DNA of 64,000 nt from Candidatus Marinacidobacterales bacterium (GCA_965237955.1 OZ250169.1:3968001-4032000); one strand, 5' to 3'. Positions 1 through 11,730 are shown, numbered from the stretch's first letter. The notes: generated by a model from the letters alone, not told the origin. Made by a program: numbers and translations.

Positions 1-741
1 AAAAACGCGCTCGTCGCCAAAGTGCCCGTTCCGATCGGGGAGGAATACGAGCGCGGCGTCCAAATGTCCGAGGCGTTTCGAAAAGGGTATCACGATTTCT
101 ACGTCGGCTATCACGAGGATACCGCCGAGGATCGCTTCTATGGTGGCGGCACCGGTGGCTACTACGTCTACAACATCACCGACCTCGAGCAGCCGGAGCT
201 TCTCGTCCCGCTCACCGGCATCTCCGGCGTGCGCCGTGGGCACACGTTTACCCCGACGCCAGACGGTCGCTATGTCATCGCCGAGACCGAGTATCAGTAC
301 GCTCCGCTCCGCATCTTCGACCTCAAGCCGGGTCTCGACGGCGAGGTCGAGAGCATTTCGCGTCCGATCGGCGCGTGGACGGCCGACTGGCGACATCTCG
401 TGCACAACCACGAGGTCCGCTGGCCCTACGTGTTCGTCTCCGGCTACCTCGACGGGCTTCAAGTGTTCAGCTTGATGGACCCGACGAACCCGACGACGGT
501 GGCGTACTACGATACCTACACCGGTCCGCCGGCGAGCGACTCAGTGCTCGACGGTGCTTTCGGGGTCGACGTCCGAAACGAAGACGGGCTAATCGTCATC
601 AGCGACATGACGACTGGGTTTTGGGTGTTTCGCATGGAAGGCTTCCAGGGTTGGAACGGTGAAGACTGGGGTATGCCGAACATCTCGAGCGCCCAGGACT
701 GGGACAAGACGCCGGCTGAGGGGACGGACTCGAACCCATGA
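1..741 (+). CDS. LVIVD-repeat / choice-of-anchor-B-like beta-propeller protein (5' end outside window)
   Basis: Open frame from window start; repeats such as 'HNHEVRWPYVFVSGYLDGLQVFSL', 'AFGVDVRNEDGLIVISD'. Confidence 0.65.
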   Translation, partial: KNALVAKVPVPIGEEYERGVQMSEAFRKGYHDFYVGYHEDTAEDRFYGGGTGGYYVYNITDLEQPELLVPLTGISGVRRGHTFTPTPDGRYVIAETEYQYAPLRIFDLKPGLDGEVESISRPIGAWTADWRHLVHNHEVRWPYVFVSGYLDGLQVFSLMDPTNPTTVAYYDTYTGPPASDSVLDGAFGVDVRNEDGLIVISDMTTGFWVFRMEGFQGWNGEDWGMPNISSAQDWDKTPAEGTDSNP

Positions 742-1325
742 GAGCTCTCTCTGCCATACTCTTTTTCGCCGCTTCCGCGTCTTCGTCGACGTCCGCGGGT
801 GAGGTGCGCTCATCGCCTTGGAACGTGCCGTTCGGGTTCTCGGGCTCGTGCACCGCGGCGTCGACCATCGCCATCCCGGACTTGCCGTCGAACTACTACG
901 GCATTGACATGGTTCCGACGAAGCGCGTTCCGGGGACCGGCGCCGGGGTCGGGATCGGTGTCGTCACGTTCTCGAAATCGCCCTACGGAGTCTCGGTTAC
1001 ACCGGATGGAACCTACGTCGTCGACGTGCACTTGGCGCTCGATCGCATCAAACAACCGAAGCGAGGGGTTCTGACCGCGTGGGCGACCAAGGACGATCTG
1101 ACGGAGGTCAAACGTCTCGGCACGTTGGACGCATCTCTCCGCGCGTCGGGGCAAGTACGCTGGAACAAGTTTCTGCTCGTCGTCACCCTCGAGCCTTCTG
1201 CGGAGCCGACCGACATTTGGAGTGGGCCCGTAGTGATGCGGGGGATGTCTCGAAGCGGGCTCATGCACACGCTTGCGGGGCACGGCCCGTACGAAAAAGA
1301 GCCCTGCGCGAAGTACGGGTTCTGA
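738..1325 (+). CDS. Secreted hypothetical protein
   Basis: ATGA overlap with upstream stop; signal-peptide-like N-terminus; C-terminal 'GLMHTLAGHGP..PC'. Confidence 0.7.
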   Translation: MRALSAILFFAASASSSTSAGEVRSSPWNVPFGFSGSCTAASTIAIPDLPSNYYGIDMVPTKRVPGTGAGVGIGVVTFSKSPYGVSVTPDGTYVVDVHLALDRIKQPKRGVLTAWATKDDLTEVKRLGTLDASLRASGQVRWNKFLLVVTLEPSAEPTDIWSGPVVMRGMSRSGLMHTLAGHGPYEKEPCAKYGF

Positions 1326-1330
1326 TCCTC

Positions 1331-3010
1331 GTGAAACGTCTTTTGTGGGTATTGGTGTTGGCGTGCGCGCCGGCGTGGGCGCAGCACGAGGACCACGGCA
1401 TGCCGGTTGATGCCGCCGGCGATCCCAAAGCGTGGCGCATGCCGCCCCACGATTTTCCGATGCCGCCCCTTCCCGGCATCGCCGGCGCGGTGCCCATCGT
1501 CGGACCGTTTCTCGCCAAGATGGACGCGATGGATCTCACCGCGTTCCCCGAAGCACGGCCGAGCGAAGTCGTCGAGATGGCCGACGGCGAGAGGCTCGTC
1601 ATGAACGCGAGCGTCGTCCGCCGCACCATCAACGGCAAGACGTTTCTCATGTACGGCTACAACGGCCAGTACCCGGGGCCGCTTATCAAAGCGGAGCGGG
1701 GTGCCACCGTCATCGTCGAGCTCAAAAACGAGATCGAGATGCCGACGACGGTGCACTGGCACGGGCTCCGGCTCGATAACCGCTTCGACGGCGTGCCCGA
1801 CATCACCCAGCCGCCGGTTCTCCCGGGGGAGAGCTTCACCTACGAGGTCTATTTCCCCGATACCGGCATCTACTGGTACCACCCCCACGTGCGGGAAGAC
1901 ATCCAGCAAGATCTCGGCCTCTACGGCAACATGCTCGTTGCCTCGCCCGAGCCCGACTACTACAGCCCGGTGAACCGCGAAGTCGCGCTCATCCTCGACG
2001 ACATCCTCATGGATGATCTCGGACCGATTCCGTGGGGCGACCGCGCGCCCACGCACGCGCTCATGGGCCGGTTCGGAAACGTCATGCTCGTCAACGGGGT
2101 CACCGACTACGAGCTTTCCGTCGATCGCGGCTCGGTGGTCCGCTTCTATCTCACCAACGTCGCCAACACGCGAACGTTCAACGTCGTCTTCGGCGGCGCG
2201 ACCATCAAAGTCGTCGCCTCCGACGTGAGTAAGTACGAGCGTGAAGAGTGGGTCGAAAGCATCGTCATCGGCCCTGCGGAGCGCTACGTCGTCGAGGTGC
2301 TCTTCGACGAGCCCGGCGAGCTCGCGATCGATAACTCGATCCAGGCGATCGACGACTTCATGGGCCGGTTCCACCCTCATGTCAAAAAGCTCGGGACGGT
2401 GCGAGTATCGGACACGCCCGTCGCGGTTAGCCATGCCGAAGCGTTCCGTAAGCTGCGCGATAACGCCGACGTTCAGGAGGACATCGAGTCGTTTCGTCAG
2501 TACTTCGACAAGCCGGTGGACCACACTCTCGAGCTCACGCTCGAGCTCGAGAACCTGCCGATGCAGATCGTCCAGGCGATGCAGTTCGAGGCGGGTCTGT
2601 ACGCGCCGCCGATCGAGTGGAACGATGCGATGCCGGTGATGAACTGGCTATCGAGTGCCGAGCAGGTGCACTGGATACTGCGAGATCCCGATACCGGCAA
2701 GAAGAATATGGATATTGGCTGGAAGTTCCAGGTGGGCGACGTCGTCAAGATCCGCATCTTCAACGATCCCGAAACGATCCACCCGATGAACCACCCGTTC
2801 CATATTCACGGTCAACGCTATCTCGTGCTCTCCCTCGACGGCGTTCCCAACGAGAACCTCGTATGGAAAGACACCGCGATCGTTCCTGTGGGGACCACAA
2901 TGGATATCCTCGTCGACATCACCAATCCGGGTGAATGGATGATGCATTGTCACATCGCCGAGCATCTTCACGCGGGGATGATGACGTCGTTCACCGTGAC
3001 CGAGCGCTAG
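1331..3010 (+). CDS. Multicopper oxidase (CueO/laccase-like)
   Basis: Cu motifs HWHG, WYHPH, HPFHIHG, HCHIAEHLHAGMM; GTG start with signal peptide. Confidence 0.92.
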   Translation: MKRLLWVLVLACAPAWAQHEDHGMPVDAAGDPKAWRMPPHDFPMPPLPGIAGAVPIVGPFLAKMDAMDLTAFPEARPSEVVEMADGERLVMNASVVRRTINGKTFLMYGYNGQYPGPLIKAERGATVIVELKNEIEMPTTVHWHGLRLDNRFDGVPDITQPPVLPGESFTYEVYFPDTGIYWYHPHVREDIQQDLGLYGNMLVASPEPDYYSPVNREVALILDDILMDDLGPIPWGDRAPTHALMGRFGNVMLVNGVTDYELSVDRGSVVRFYLTNVANTRTFNVVFGGATIKVVASDVSKYEREEWVESIVIGPAERYVVEVLFDEPGELAIDNSIQAIDDFMGRFHPHVKKLGTVRVSDTPVAVSHAEAFRKLRDNADVQEDIESFRQYFDKPVDHTLELTLELENLPMQIVQAMQFEAGLYAPPIEWNDAMPVMNWLSSAEQVHWILRDPDTGKKNMDIGWKFQVGDVVKIRIFNDPETIHPMNHPFHIHGQRYLVLSLDGVPNENLVWKDTAIVPVGTTMDILVDITNPGEWMMHCHIAEHLHAGMMTSFTVTER

Positions 3011-3093
3011 GGGCCGGATCGAGCCTGACACCGCCGCCGGACAGGTGTACCCTTGCGGCCACCAAAACGCTGCAGGCGTCAGGGGGTTAGGCA

Positions 3094-4097
3094 ATGAGGT
3101 TGACGGGTCTTCTGGCAGTCGTGGTGATCACGGCTGGCTTCGCTACCGACGCGCGCGCGCGAAATGATGCGCCCAATCGCTATCGCACTCTCGAGGACTG
3201 GGCGAAGTTGCCCGACGGCAGAACTTGGGGCGCGACGAGCGCGGTCGATGCAGCTCGGGACGGGTCCGGGAATATCTGGGTCGCCGAGCGCTGTGGTGAG
3301 AACAGCTGCCTCGGCAAGGACGACGTGGACACGGTTCTCCTGTTCGACCCGTCCGGGAAGCTCATCAGAAGCTTTGGGGCGGGGATGTTCGAATGGCCCC
3401 ACGGGATTCACGTCGACGCGGACGATAACGTCTGGGTCACCGACGCCCGGGGAAGTAACGTCGTGGGCATCAGATCATCAAGTTCAGCCCGGAAGGTAAG
3501 GAGCTCATGCGTCTCGGCAAGGCCGGGGTCGCGGGCGACGGGCCGGGTGAGTTCAACCGTCCGTTCGACGTGCTGGTTGCGCCCAACGGCGACATCTTCG
3601 TCGTCGATGGACACGGTAGCGACGGCAACAACCGCGTCCAGAAGTTCTCCAAGGACGGGAAGTTCATCAAAATGTGGGGGAAGACGGGGACGGGCCCAGG
3701 TGAGTTTCTCGACCCGCATGCGCTAGCGATGGATTCCCAAGGGCGGCTTTTCGTCGGCGACCGGAAGAACAATCGCGTCCAGATCTTCGATCAGGACGGG
3801 AACCACATCGCGAGCTGGACGCAGTTCGGTCGCCCGAGCGGGCTCTATATAGATGATAACGACATCCTGTCCTCCGCCGATTCCGAGTCGAATTTCAGCG
3901 CCAATGCAGGCTGGAAGCGCGGTATTCGGATCGGGAGCGCGAAGGACGGCATGGTCTTCGCGTTCATCCCGGATCCGGAGTGGACCGGCGACGTGCGCGG
4001 CACGACTGCCGCAGAAGGGGTCGCGGTGGATGCCGACGAGAATATCTACGGGGCGGAAGTAGGTCCGCGAGCTCTGAGAAAGCATGTGAAGCGGTAA
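3094..4097 (+). pseudogene. NHL-repeat (PAL-like) beta-propeller, frameshifted near 3465
   Basis: ORFs 3094-3726 and 3507-4097 join into one NHL protein (WPHGIHVDADDNVWVTD; PHALAMDSQGRLFVGDRKNNRVQIFD). Confidence 0.8.
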
Positions 4098-4115
4098 GAA
4101 AAAGGAGAGGGAAGC

Positions 4116-6055
4116 ATGACCAGTTTTAAGCGATCGCTGTGGTTGGTCGCGGTGGTGCTGTGTTTGACGCAGCCTCTCGCGGCGCAAGAGTGGACCCACT
4201 GGGGCGCGGATTCGAGAAGCTCTCGCTATTCACCCGCGGATCAGATCAATCGAGAGAACTTCGAGGATCTCGAGGTCGCGTGGGTATGGCGCGGTGACAA
4301 TTTCGGGCCGAGCGTCGACTACATCCTGCGGGCGACGCCGATCTACGTCGACGGCAAGCTCTACACCGTTGCTGGACAGCGCCGCACCGTTGTCGCCATC
4401 GAGCCCGCGACCGGCGAGACACTGTGGACGTTCCGCGAGCCAACCACCAAACGGTGGGAGTACTCGATGCGGGAGAACTATGGCAAAGGCGTCGCGTTTT
4501 CCGAAGTCGACGGCCAGGGCCGGATTTACCTCGTGAGCCCGGCGTTCAACCTCCACGCGCTTCACGCCAACAACGGTCGTCCCGTCGAGCAGTTCGGTAA
4601 CGAAGGCATGGTGGACATCCTCGACGACTTCGGGTACCCACATGATCCGAACCTGGGTATCCCGCTCGAGACCGGCTACATCACGAGCTCATCGCCGGCG
4701 ATTGTCGTGAACGGCGTCATCGTCATCGGGAACACGCATCAGCAGGGCTATTACCAGACGCGTCGGGAGAACGTCCCGGGGCACATCATGGCGTACGACG
4801 CCAAGACGGATGAGTTCTTGTGGAAGTTCAACATCATCCCGCAGCCGGGCGAGTTCGGGCACGACACGTGGGAGAACGACGCGTGGTCTTACACCGGGAA
4901 CGTATCGACGTGGGCGCCGTTGTCGGCAGACCCCGAGCTCGGGCTCGTCTACTTCGCGACCGATCCGCCGACGAACGATTTCTACGGGGGCTTTCATCCC
5001 GGAGCCAACTTGTTCTCGACGACCATCATGGCGGTCGACGTGAAGACCGGCAAGCGCACGTGGCACTTCCAAACCGTCCATCACGACATCTGGAACTACG
5101 ACAATCCGACCGCACCCACGCTCGTCGACATCACTCAGAACGGAGAGAAGATTCCGGTGCTGGTGCAGACGACGAAACAGGCGTTCGCGTACGTGTTGAA
5201 CCGTAAGACCGGTGAGCCCATCTGGCCTATCGAGGAGCGGCCGGTGCCGCAAACGACGGTTCCGGGCGAGAAGACGTCACCGACGCAGCCGTTTCCGACG
5301 AAACCTGCAGCGTACGACAAGCAGGGCCTCACCGAAGACGACTTGATCGACTTTACTCCCGAGCTTCGCGCGGAGGCAGTCGAGGTCATCAAGAAGTTCA
5401 AGACCGGTCCGCTTTTCAATCCGCCCTTGCACCGCGATAACAGCGACGGCTATGTCGGTTCGCTCCATTGCCCGGGTGGCGCCACCAACATCATGGGCGG
5501 AGCTGCTGTGGACCCGGAGACGGCGATCCTCTACGTCGCGTCCGTCGCGGGCTGTTCCTCGCCAAATCTCGTTCCCGGTGAAGAAATGGACGATCCCGAC
5601 ACAGGGAAGACCGTCATGCGATGGGTCAGCGGGCCTTCGGCCGGATGAGCGTTCAAGGATTATCGATTCTCAAACCACCCTACGGCAAGATCACGGCGAT
5701 CGATCTGAACACGGGGGAGCACCTGTGGTGGATTCCGAACGGTGATACCCCGGATTTCGTGAAGAACCACAAAGCGCTCCAGGGAGTCGATATCGGAAAC
5801 ACCGGCCAACGCGCCCACGCCACCGCGCTCGTCACCAAAACACTCCTCATGTACGGCGAGGGAAGAAACGGCGAGCCGCGGTTCCACGCGGTGAACAAGA
5901 AGACCGGTGAGCACATCGGTGTCGTGGATATCCCGGCCCCGACCAACCAGGCGCCGATGAGCTACGTGCACGACGGCAAGCAATACATCGTCGTGGCGAT
6001 TGCCAGCAACACCCATCCAGGCTCGTTGGTCGCGCTCGCGCTGGCGGAGGAGTAA
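4116..6055 (+). pseudogene. PQQ-binding quinoprotein (glucose dehydrogenase-like), frameshifted near 5640
   Basis: ATPIYVDG, WHFQTVHHDIWNYD; C-terminal KPPYGKITAIDLNTGEHLW and APMSYVHDGKQYIVVA lie in a second frame. Confidence 0.8.
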
Positions 6056-6078
6056 CAGCAAGACCCCGCCGTCGAAGC

Positions 6079-6435
6079 TCAAGTGCTTCGGCGGCGGGAG
6101 CGTAACTGTGCGAGCCCGTCCTCGACTTCTTCGCGCGGTAGCTTGCCCCTTAGCGAGCTCGTCATCGCTTTTCGCGAGCAGGCGCTGGTAGAGCTCGATG
6201 CCGGGGACGATGACGTCTTCGTGTCCCGCGTCGACGAGCTCGAAGAGAACGTCCTCCGCGTCCGCGAAATCACCTTGTCGCTCGTAGTGGAAGACCAGTT
6301 TCTTTTGAACGGCGGGTACGGGGAGATAAGCGGACAGAGCCTCGGTGAGAGCTTCGATCCGGCGCAAGTAACGGCCGGCGTCAGGAATGCGATCGAGGCT
6401 CTCCCGACCCGAAACCTCGAGCAGCAACGAGAAGG
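6079..6435 (-). pseudogene. DUF6483-like protein C-terminal remnant, truncated by IS5
   Basis: 'FHYERQGDFADAEDVLFEL..YQRLLAKSDDEL' plus 'LPREEVEDGL' in a shifted frame; 5' end cut at the IS boundary. Confidence 0.5.
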
Positions 6436-7526
6436 TGCCTTGGTGCACAACTCCGATAGAGGCCGAGAGCTCGCTTGGCCCCGACTCCCATCATCCGGTC
6501 ATCTCGCTATCAGGCATCCCGAGCGCCGTCATCGTGTTGAGAATCTTGCACCCGATCCTTGCCTCGACTCTCTGTGCCGCCAACCCTCTCGCTCGCATCG
6601 CTGAGCCCACGATAGCCTTGTAGCGATGGAACGTTGTCTCGACTTTGCTCCGTTTGCTGTAGCCCGATTCTGTGTGCCACTTTCGTTTGCCGAGCCGAGC
6701 TTGTGCTGCAATGTTGCGATTGCGCTGTCGGCTGCTCGCCGGCCCCGATGCGAGCTGGGCGCCCTTGCGCGGCGGTATCAGCACCCTCGGCGAGCAATGA
6801 GCGCTGTGATTCTCGATCGCCTCATAGACGCCGCCGGCGTCGTATGCGGTGTCAGCTCTGGCCGATGAGATGGGACTGTCGATCTGTCCGACAAGCGATG
6901 CAACCCGCGATGAATCGCGGGCTCTTTTGCTCGTCAGCTCGCCGGCGACGACTTCGCCACTCTGCTCGTCGACACACAGATGGAGCTTGCGATAGTCCCT
7001 GCTCTTTGGTGCTCTGCGCAGCTGGCCGGCGTGGACAGCGAGACCGCTGCTGTCGATCAAGATGTGCAACGGCGTCTTCTGCTTGTCTTGGTAGAAGGGG
7101 GGGGACCTTACCCAGCTTCGCCTTGCGCCTCGAGATCGTGGTGTGATCGGGCACATCATTGTCTAGCTTCATCAGAGCGAACAACGATCGCAGTAATCCC
7201 TCGCTCTGCCTAGATGACAGATGAAACACCATGCCCAGGGTGACAGCCGTCTCGATGGCGTGGTTCGAGTACTTGCGTTGACGGCCCGGTTTCCTCCTCC
7301 TCGGCCGGGGCGCGTCCCAGTTCATAAGCTTGCCGGCGGTGAGCGAGATCCAGACGGTCAGGCTCCCACGGTTGCGTAGACCCGCCTCATATTCACGCCA
7401 ATTCCTCACGCGATAGGCCTTCTTCACATACTTCCGCTGAGTGCGTTTGAAAATGCTCATGGGGAACCTCGAATCCGTGAGTAAAGGACAATTGTGGACC
7501 GAGATCGCGAGTTGTGCACCAAGGCA
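6436..7526 (-). mobile_element. IS5-family (IS903-like) element copy 1; transposase 6491-7460 frameshifted
   Basis: 18-bp TIR TGCCTTGGTGCACAACTC at both ends; 1091 bp versus 1087 bp in other copies, due to a G8 run at ~7097-7104 where others have G4. Confidence 0.93.
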
Positions 7527-7617
7527 GTCCCAGGTCAAAAATATTCGACCCGAGGCCAGCTCGCCGAGCTTGCTTTCTGCTTTGCTTCCGATATTCTGCG
7601 CTCTTTGGAGGATCGTC

Positions 7618-9135
7618 ATGACTCGACTCATGTGGTCCGGAGTCCTGTTGGCGTGGGCGGCCTGCACGACGTCGCAGCCGGAAGCGCCTGCCGAGCCCGA
7701 CCGCCCCAATGTTCTATTCGTCTTCTACGATCAATACCGCCCTGACATCATCGGGGCGTATGGCGGCGGGAAGAACATCACGACGCCCAATCTCGATCGC
7801 CTCGCCCAAGAAGGCGTGCTGTTCACCAACGCGCTCTCGACCACGCCGGTGTGTACGCCGTATCGAGGCATGCTCATGACCGGTCGCTACCCGACCCACA
7901 CGGGGATCATGCTGAACTTCCTCGAAGCCAACACGTCGCAAACGAATATCGCCGATGTGTTCTCCGAGGCCGGCTACCGAACCGCGTTCATGGGTAAATG
8001 GCATCTCGCCGCCGGCGGCTTCAAGAAGGCGTGGGTCGGTGAGGAAGACGGCTCGTGGGACTACGCGAGGCCTTACATGGAAGAGAACCCCGACTATGAT
8101 TTCGTACCACCGGGACCAGCGCGACTGGGTTTCGAGGACTGGGCGGCGTACAACTTCCACATCGATTTTCTCGCCGCGCCCTATTACAAGAACGAGCCCA
8201 AAAAGCTCATCATGGACGGCTACGAATCGAACGCGCTGACCGATATGGCGATCGCGTACATGGAAGAGGCACGAGGCGCGGGCGAGCCGTTTTTCATCAT
8301 GGTCGCGCCGCATCCACCCCACCCGCCGTTCGATCGACTACCGGAAGGCTACCTCGAGCGGGTGCCCGAGACGCTTCACTGGGACGACAACGTGCCGGAG
8401 GAAATGAAGACCGGCAAGAACCTGGCAGAAGCCCGCGCCTACTACGCAATGGCGAAAAACGCCGAAGACAACATGGGACGTCTGCTCGACTATCTCGACG
8501 AGTCGGGATTGACCGACGACACGATCGTCGTGTTCACGTCCGATCACGGCGAGATGCTGGGAAGCCACGGACGCCGCAGCAAGAGGGTTCCCTATGACGA
8601 GGCGGTGCAGGTGCCGCTTCTCATCCGCTGGCCGGGCCATCTGGCGTCGGGCTCTCGCACCGACACGCTCCAGACGCCGCTCGACCACATGCCGACGCTC
8701 ATCGCGATGGCCGGGCTGAGGGCACCACAGGGACTCGACGGGATCGATCTCAGCGGCGAGCTGCTCGATGGCCAGACCGTCGAGCGGAACGCGGCGCTGA
8801 TGAGCAACTACACCGCGGATTGGGACTTCTTCACGACGGCGTCCCAAGCGAACGCCAACCGGCCGGAGTGGCGCGGGGTGAAGACGAAGCAATACACCTA
8901 CGCGCGATGGATCGACGGCGAGACCGCGCTCTACGACGACCTGGCCGATCCCGATCAGCTGACCGACCTGAGTGACGATCCAGCCAATGAGGAGTTGGTG
9001 GACGAGCTGGAGGCGACGCTCCAGAAACTCCTCGCCGAGGCCCACGACGAGTTCCTTCCAGGAAACGCCTACGTCGAGTGGGTGGACCGGGAGCGCAACA
9101 TTATTAAGACAGGCCTGGGACCCGTCACGGAGTAG
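7618..9135 (+). CDS. Sulfatase (Cys-type FGly), probable lipoprotein
   Basis: RPNVLFVFYDQ, CTPYR motif, GKWHL, TSDHG. Confidence 0.9.
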   Translation: MTRLMWSGVLLAWAACTTSQPEAPAEPDRPNVLFVFYDQYRPDIIGAYGGGKNITTPNLDRLAQEGVLFTNALSTTPVCTPYRGMLMTGRYPTHTGIMLNFLEANTSQTNIADVFSEAGYRTAFMGKWHLAAGGFKKAWVGEEDGSWDYARPYMEENPDYDFVPPGPARLGFEDWAAYNFHIDFLAAPYYKNEPKKLIMDGYESNALTDMAIAYMEEARGAGEPFFIMVAPHPPHPPFDRLPEGYLERVPETLHWDDNVPEEMKTGKNLAEARAYYAMAKNAEDNMGRLLDYLDESGLTDDTIVVFTSDHGEMLGSHGRRSKRVPYDEAVQVPLLIRWPGHLASGSRTDTLQTPLDHMPTLIAMAGLRAPQGLDGIDLSGELLDGQTVERNAALMSNYTADWDFFTTASQANANRPEWRGVKTKQYTYARWIDGETALYDDLADPDQLTDLSDDPANEELVDELEATLQKLLAEAHDEFLPGNAYVEWVDRERNIIKTGLGPVTE

Positions 9136-9149
9136 AATTCTACCGACGT

Positions 9150-9210
9150 CCCTATCCCCCGGAGCCAAGCTCGGTCCGTACGAAATCCTCTCGCTGCTCG
9201 GAGCCGGCGT
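9150..9210 (+). pseudogene. Ser/Thr protein kinase N-terminal fragment
   Basis: Encodes 'SLSPGAKLGPYEILSLLGAG' and then breaks off. Confidence 0.6.
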
Positions 9211-9257
9211 ACATTGTAATCTTCTGATGCTTCGAAACCTGCAGGCCGAGCCCGAGC

Positions 9258-9690
9258 TCACGCGTTTGGTCGAGCTCGCTCGCGAAAAATCGAAACAACT
9301 CGACGCCTGAGTCGATGGCCTACCTGAGAAATCGGCGAAGCCCTAATCCTCCGCGTCGGCGACGAGGCTTCTAGCAGCGGCATAGCTTTCGAGGTAGTCG
9401 TCTCCTTCTCTGCAAGCTCGCGAAGACGCTTCATCGATTGCTCACCTAACCTGACGCTCAAAACGTTCTCACTGTTTCTCTCCGTTCAAACCAGCTGCCC
9501 GGACACGGAGCGCGGCATCTTCCAAGATTCGAGAATGGTAACGTCCAAAACGCTCGAGCTTTCCGAGCCGCTCCGAGGCCAGTTCCCGGTCCAGTTCACG
9601 TGCTTCCGTCAAGGCAACCAGCAGGCCGATCGCCGTCGTGAAACGGATGCCGAGCACTTTGCAGCAGCGTATGTACTACATTCGTATTCG
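9258..9690 (-). pseudogene. Fragments of a PIN-like toxin C-terminus and a ribbon-helix-helix antitoxin-like ORF
   Basis: 'CKVLGIRFTTAIGLLV..LGKLERFGRYHSRILEDAA' followed by 'SVRLGEQSMKRLRELAEKE'. Confidence 0.4.
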
Positions 9691-9784
9691 TCAAACCACT
9701 CCAACTTGCCACTGCGCGTTCAAGCACAGGTTTTCGTGCGCCCCTGATGCTTCTGATATCCTCGACGAGACTGAAGGAGGAGTG

Positions 9785-10195
9785 ATGCGGTCTACGCTCG
9801 AGCCCGGAACTTCCCGAACAGAGCGCATTACCATCGAACGGGATCGAACCATCGGCTTTCTCGGCGAGGAAATGCGCCTCTACAGCACGCCTTCCATGGT
9901 GCGCGACATCGAGTACACCTGTTTGAATCTCATCCAGGAGCACCTGGACGAGAGTGAAAGCTCGGTCGGAATCCACGTCGCGGTCGACCACTTGGCGGCG
10001 ACACCTCTCGGGCAATGGGTCGACGTCGAGGTCACGGTCTCGGAGGTCGACCGGCGCAAGGTCACGTTGCTCGCAAGCGTGCGCGATGCCGTCGAGGAGG
10101 TCGGGCGTGGCGAGCACGTTCGCTTCGTCATCGACGTCGAGAAGCATCGAAAGCGCTTGCAGAAGAAGCTCGCGCAACTCGGTCCCGGCGATTAA
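9785..10195 (+). CDS. Hot-dog fold thioesterase (FlK-like)
   Basis: 'YSTPSMVRDIE', 'SVGIHVAVDHLAATPLG', 'GRGEHVRFVI'; AGGAG RBS. Confidence 0.85.
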   Translation: MRSTLEPGTSRTERITIERDRTIGFLGEEMRLYSTPSMVRDIEYTCLNLIQEHLDESESSVGIHVAVDHLAATPLGQWVDVEVTVSEVDRRKVTLLASVRDAVEEVGRGEHVRFVIDVEKHRKRLQKKLAQLGPGD

Positions 10196-10229
10196 CGCTT
10201 GCCCGCCGGAAATAATCTGACGAGGGGCG

Positions 10230-10686
10230 CTTACGCGGAGTTATCGATGGAGTCGGAATGGTCGAGCGGGTGCTGCCACTTGAGACCGGGAAATCACGCG
10301 AAATCGCGATCCGTTGTGATCCAGGTACATCCTGATTCGACCGCAAGAGGAGCAAACCAGGCATCTGTAACAAGATTGGCTCTCGCGTTCGTAGCCTCAC
10401 AGAGGCGAACGAAGAGCGACCACTGGTGAGGTGACGGGCGTACGACGCGGCAGTTCGGGTGCTCTCGTATCGATTTCGTGAAAGCGATCGCTTCTTTGAG
10501 CGTCGTCGGCTCCCTGAAGATCTTCGGATGCGTCGTGATGCGAATGACGCTTGTGAGCACGTGTTCGGAAATCGCGAAAGCCGCGTCCCCATTCAACAGC
10601 TCGAGCATCCAGGCGCGGAACGCATTGCCCCGCTCCGCGTCTCGACTGAAAGAGTAGATAAGGACGTTGACGTCGAGAAGGTTCAC
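10230..10686 (-). pseudogene. vapC: VapC PIN-domain toxin with premature stop at 10294-10296
   Basis: 'LLDVNVLIY..NLVTDAWFA..TTDRDFA*FPGLKWQHPL'; the conserved tail continues past the TGA. Confidence 0.8.
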
Positions 10687-10800
10687 CCGCGGTCTTCCAT
10701 GACGTCTTCGAGTCCCGCGTTCGAGTCTAGATCGACGCCCGGGCGCAAGCCACCCCTACCTGAAACGGGGAGCGTGAACCGGCGCGAGCGGGTTTTTGCT
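10683..10800 (-). pseudogene. VapB antitoxin C-terminal remnant
   Basis: 'FTLPVSGRGGLRPGVDLDSNAGLEDVME' overlaps the vapC start; N-terminal DNA-binding part is absent. Confidence 0.6.
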
Positions 10801-10869
10801 GGTTTGTGTCGATACATGGAAGCTGCACTTGCCGCACAAGTACGCCTCGATCCGACTCTCTCACCCGAG

Positions 10870-11457
10870 TTAGCGGCTGGGGCCAATCAGGATTGAGATG
10901 GGGTGCTCGGTGCCGGGCCAGTGGGGGCCTCTGGAGACGTCGACGCCACCGTCGCGGAAGGCGTTGAAGATCGAGTTGCCGAATGTGTCCGGCACATCCG
11001 AAGAGATCCCCAAAATCACTCCGGCGGGAACGGTCTCCTGACCGGGCTGCAGCACTGGGCGGTACATCATGCCGAACGACGGTGGGACTTCCCAACCGGC
11101 GTCGTTCAGGATGGAAACGATCTCGCGGGCGTACTCGGTCGTCTCCAAATCAGACGAGTTGGCAAGAACGAACGCGGTCGGGCCGACGAAGTCACTGAGT
11201 GCCCCGACCAATTGCGCACGAGCCTCGGCGGTGAAACCGCGTTGCGCGGGCGCCGCCTCGAGCTCGGCGATTTTCTCTTGGCTCGCCCGAAGCTCATCCT
11301 CGAGCCGGTCGCTTTCCCGAGCGCCGAGAAACCACACGCCGAACACCGCCGCGGCGAGCACAACCGATGCACCGGCGCCAGCACGGTCCTCGTGCCGGAG
11401 AAAAACGTAGAGCCCGAGAAGCAGGATACCGGCACCGACAACGAGTGTGAAAACCAT
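10870..11457 (-). CDS. Hypothetical membrane protein (2 N-terminal TM helices)
   Basis: 195-aa ORF with two hydrophobic segments and a coiled stretch. Confidence 0.6.
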   Translation of the reverse strand: MVFTLVVGAGILLLGLYVFLRHEDRAGAGASVVLAAAVFGVWFLGARESDRLEDELRASQEKIAELEAAPAQRGFTAEARAQLVGALSDFVGPTAFVLANSSDLETTEYAREIVSILNDAGWEVPPSFGMMYRPVLQPGQETVPAGVILGISSDVPDTFGNSIFNAFRDGGVDVSRGPHWPGTEHPISILIGPSR

Positions 11458-11730
11458 TCCTGACAGAATACCCGACTCCTTTGTGTTCTACCATGTGCTC
11501 GTGCGTCCTTTGTTCCAGATCTACCGAGACGCGTTCTCGGGACTGTCGAGAGAGCTCTAGGTTCTCGGCATTGCCGCGCTCCTCACCACGGAAAGAGGTT
11601 TCATCGTCGCGCCGATCACTGGCACGTACGTCTACGAACTGTTCGGACCGCTCACGTTGTGGCACGGGATGGGTGTTGTCGGGGTCGGTCTTTGGGTGAG
11701 CTCCGTCGTGCTGAAACCCTACTTGAGAGG

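Noticed and set aside
1013-2524. Long antisense ORFs (also 38359-40212 and 58289-59968)
   Set aside because: Shadow frames of well-supported genes in GC-rich DNA, with no recognisable motifs.
10294-10296. In-frame TGA in vapC as selenocysteine
   Set aside because: The position corresponds to Arg in the DRDFARF motif; a simple CGA-to-TGA nonsense change.
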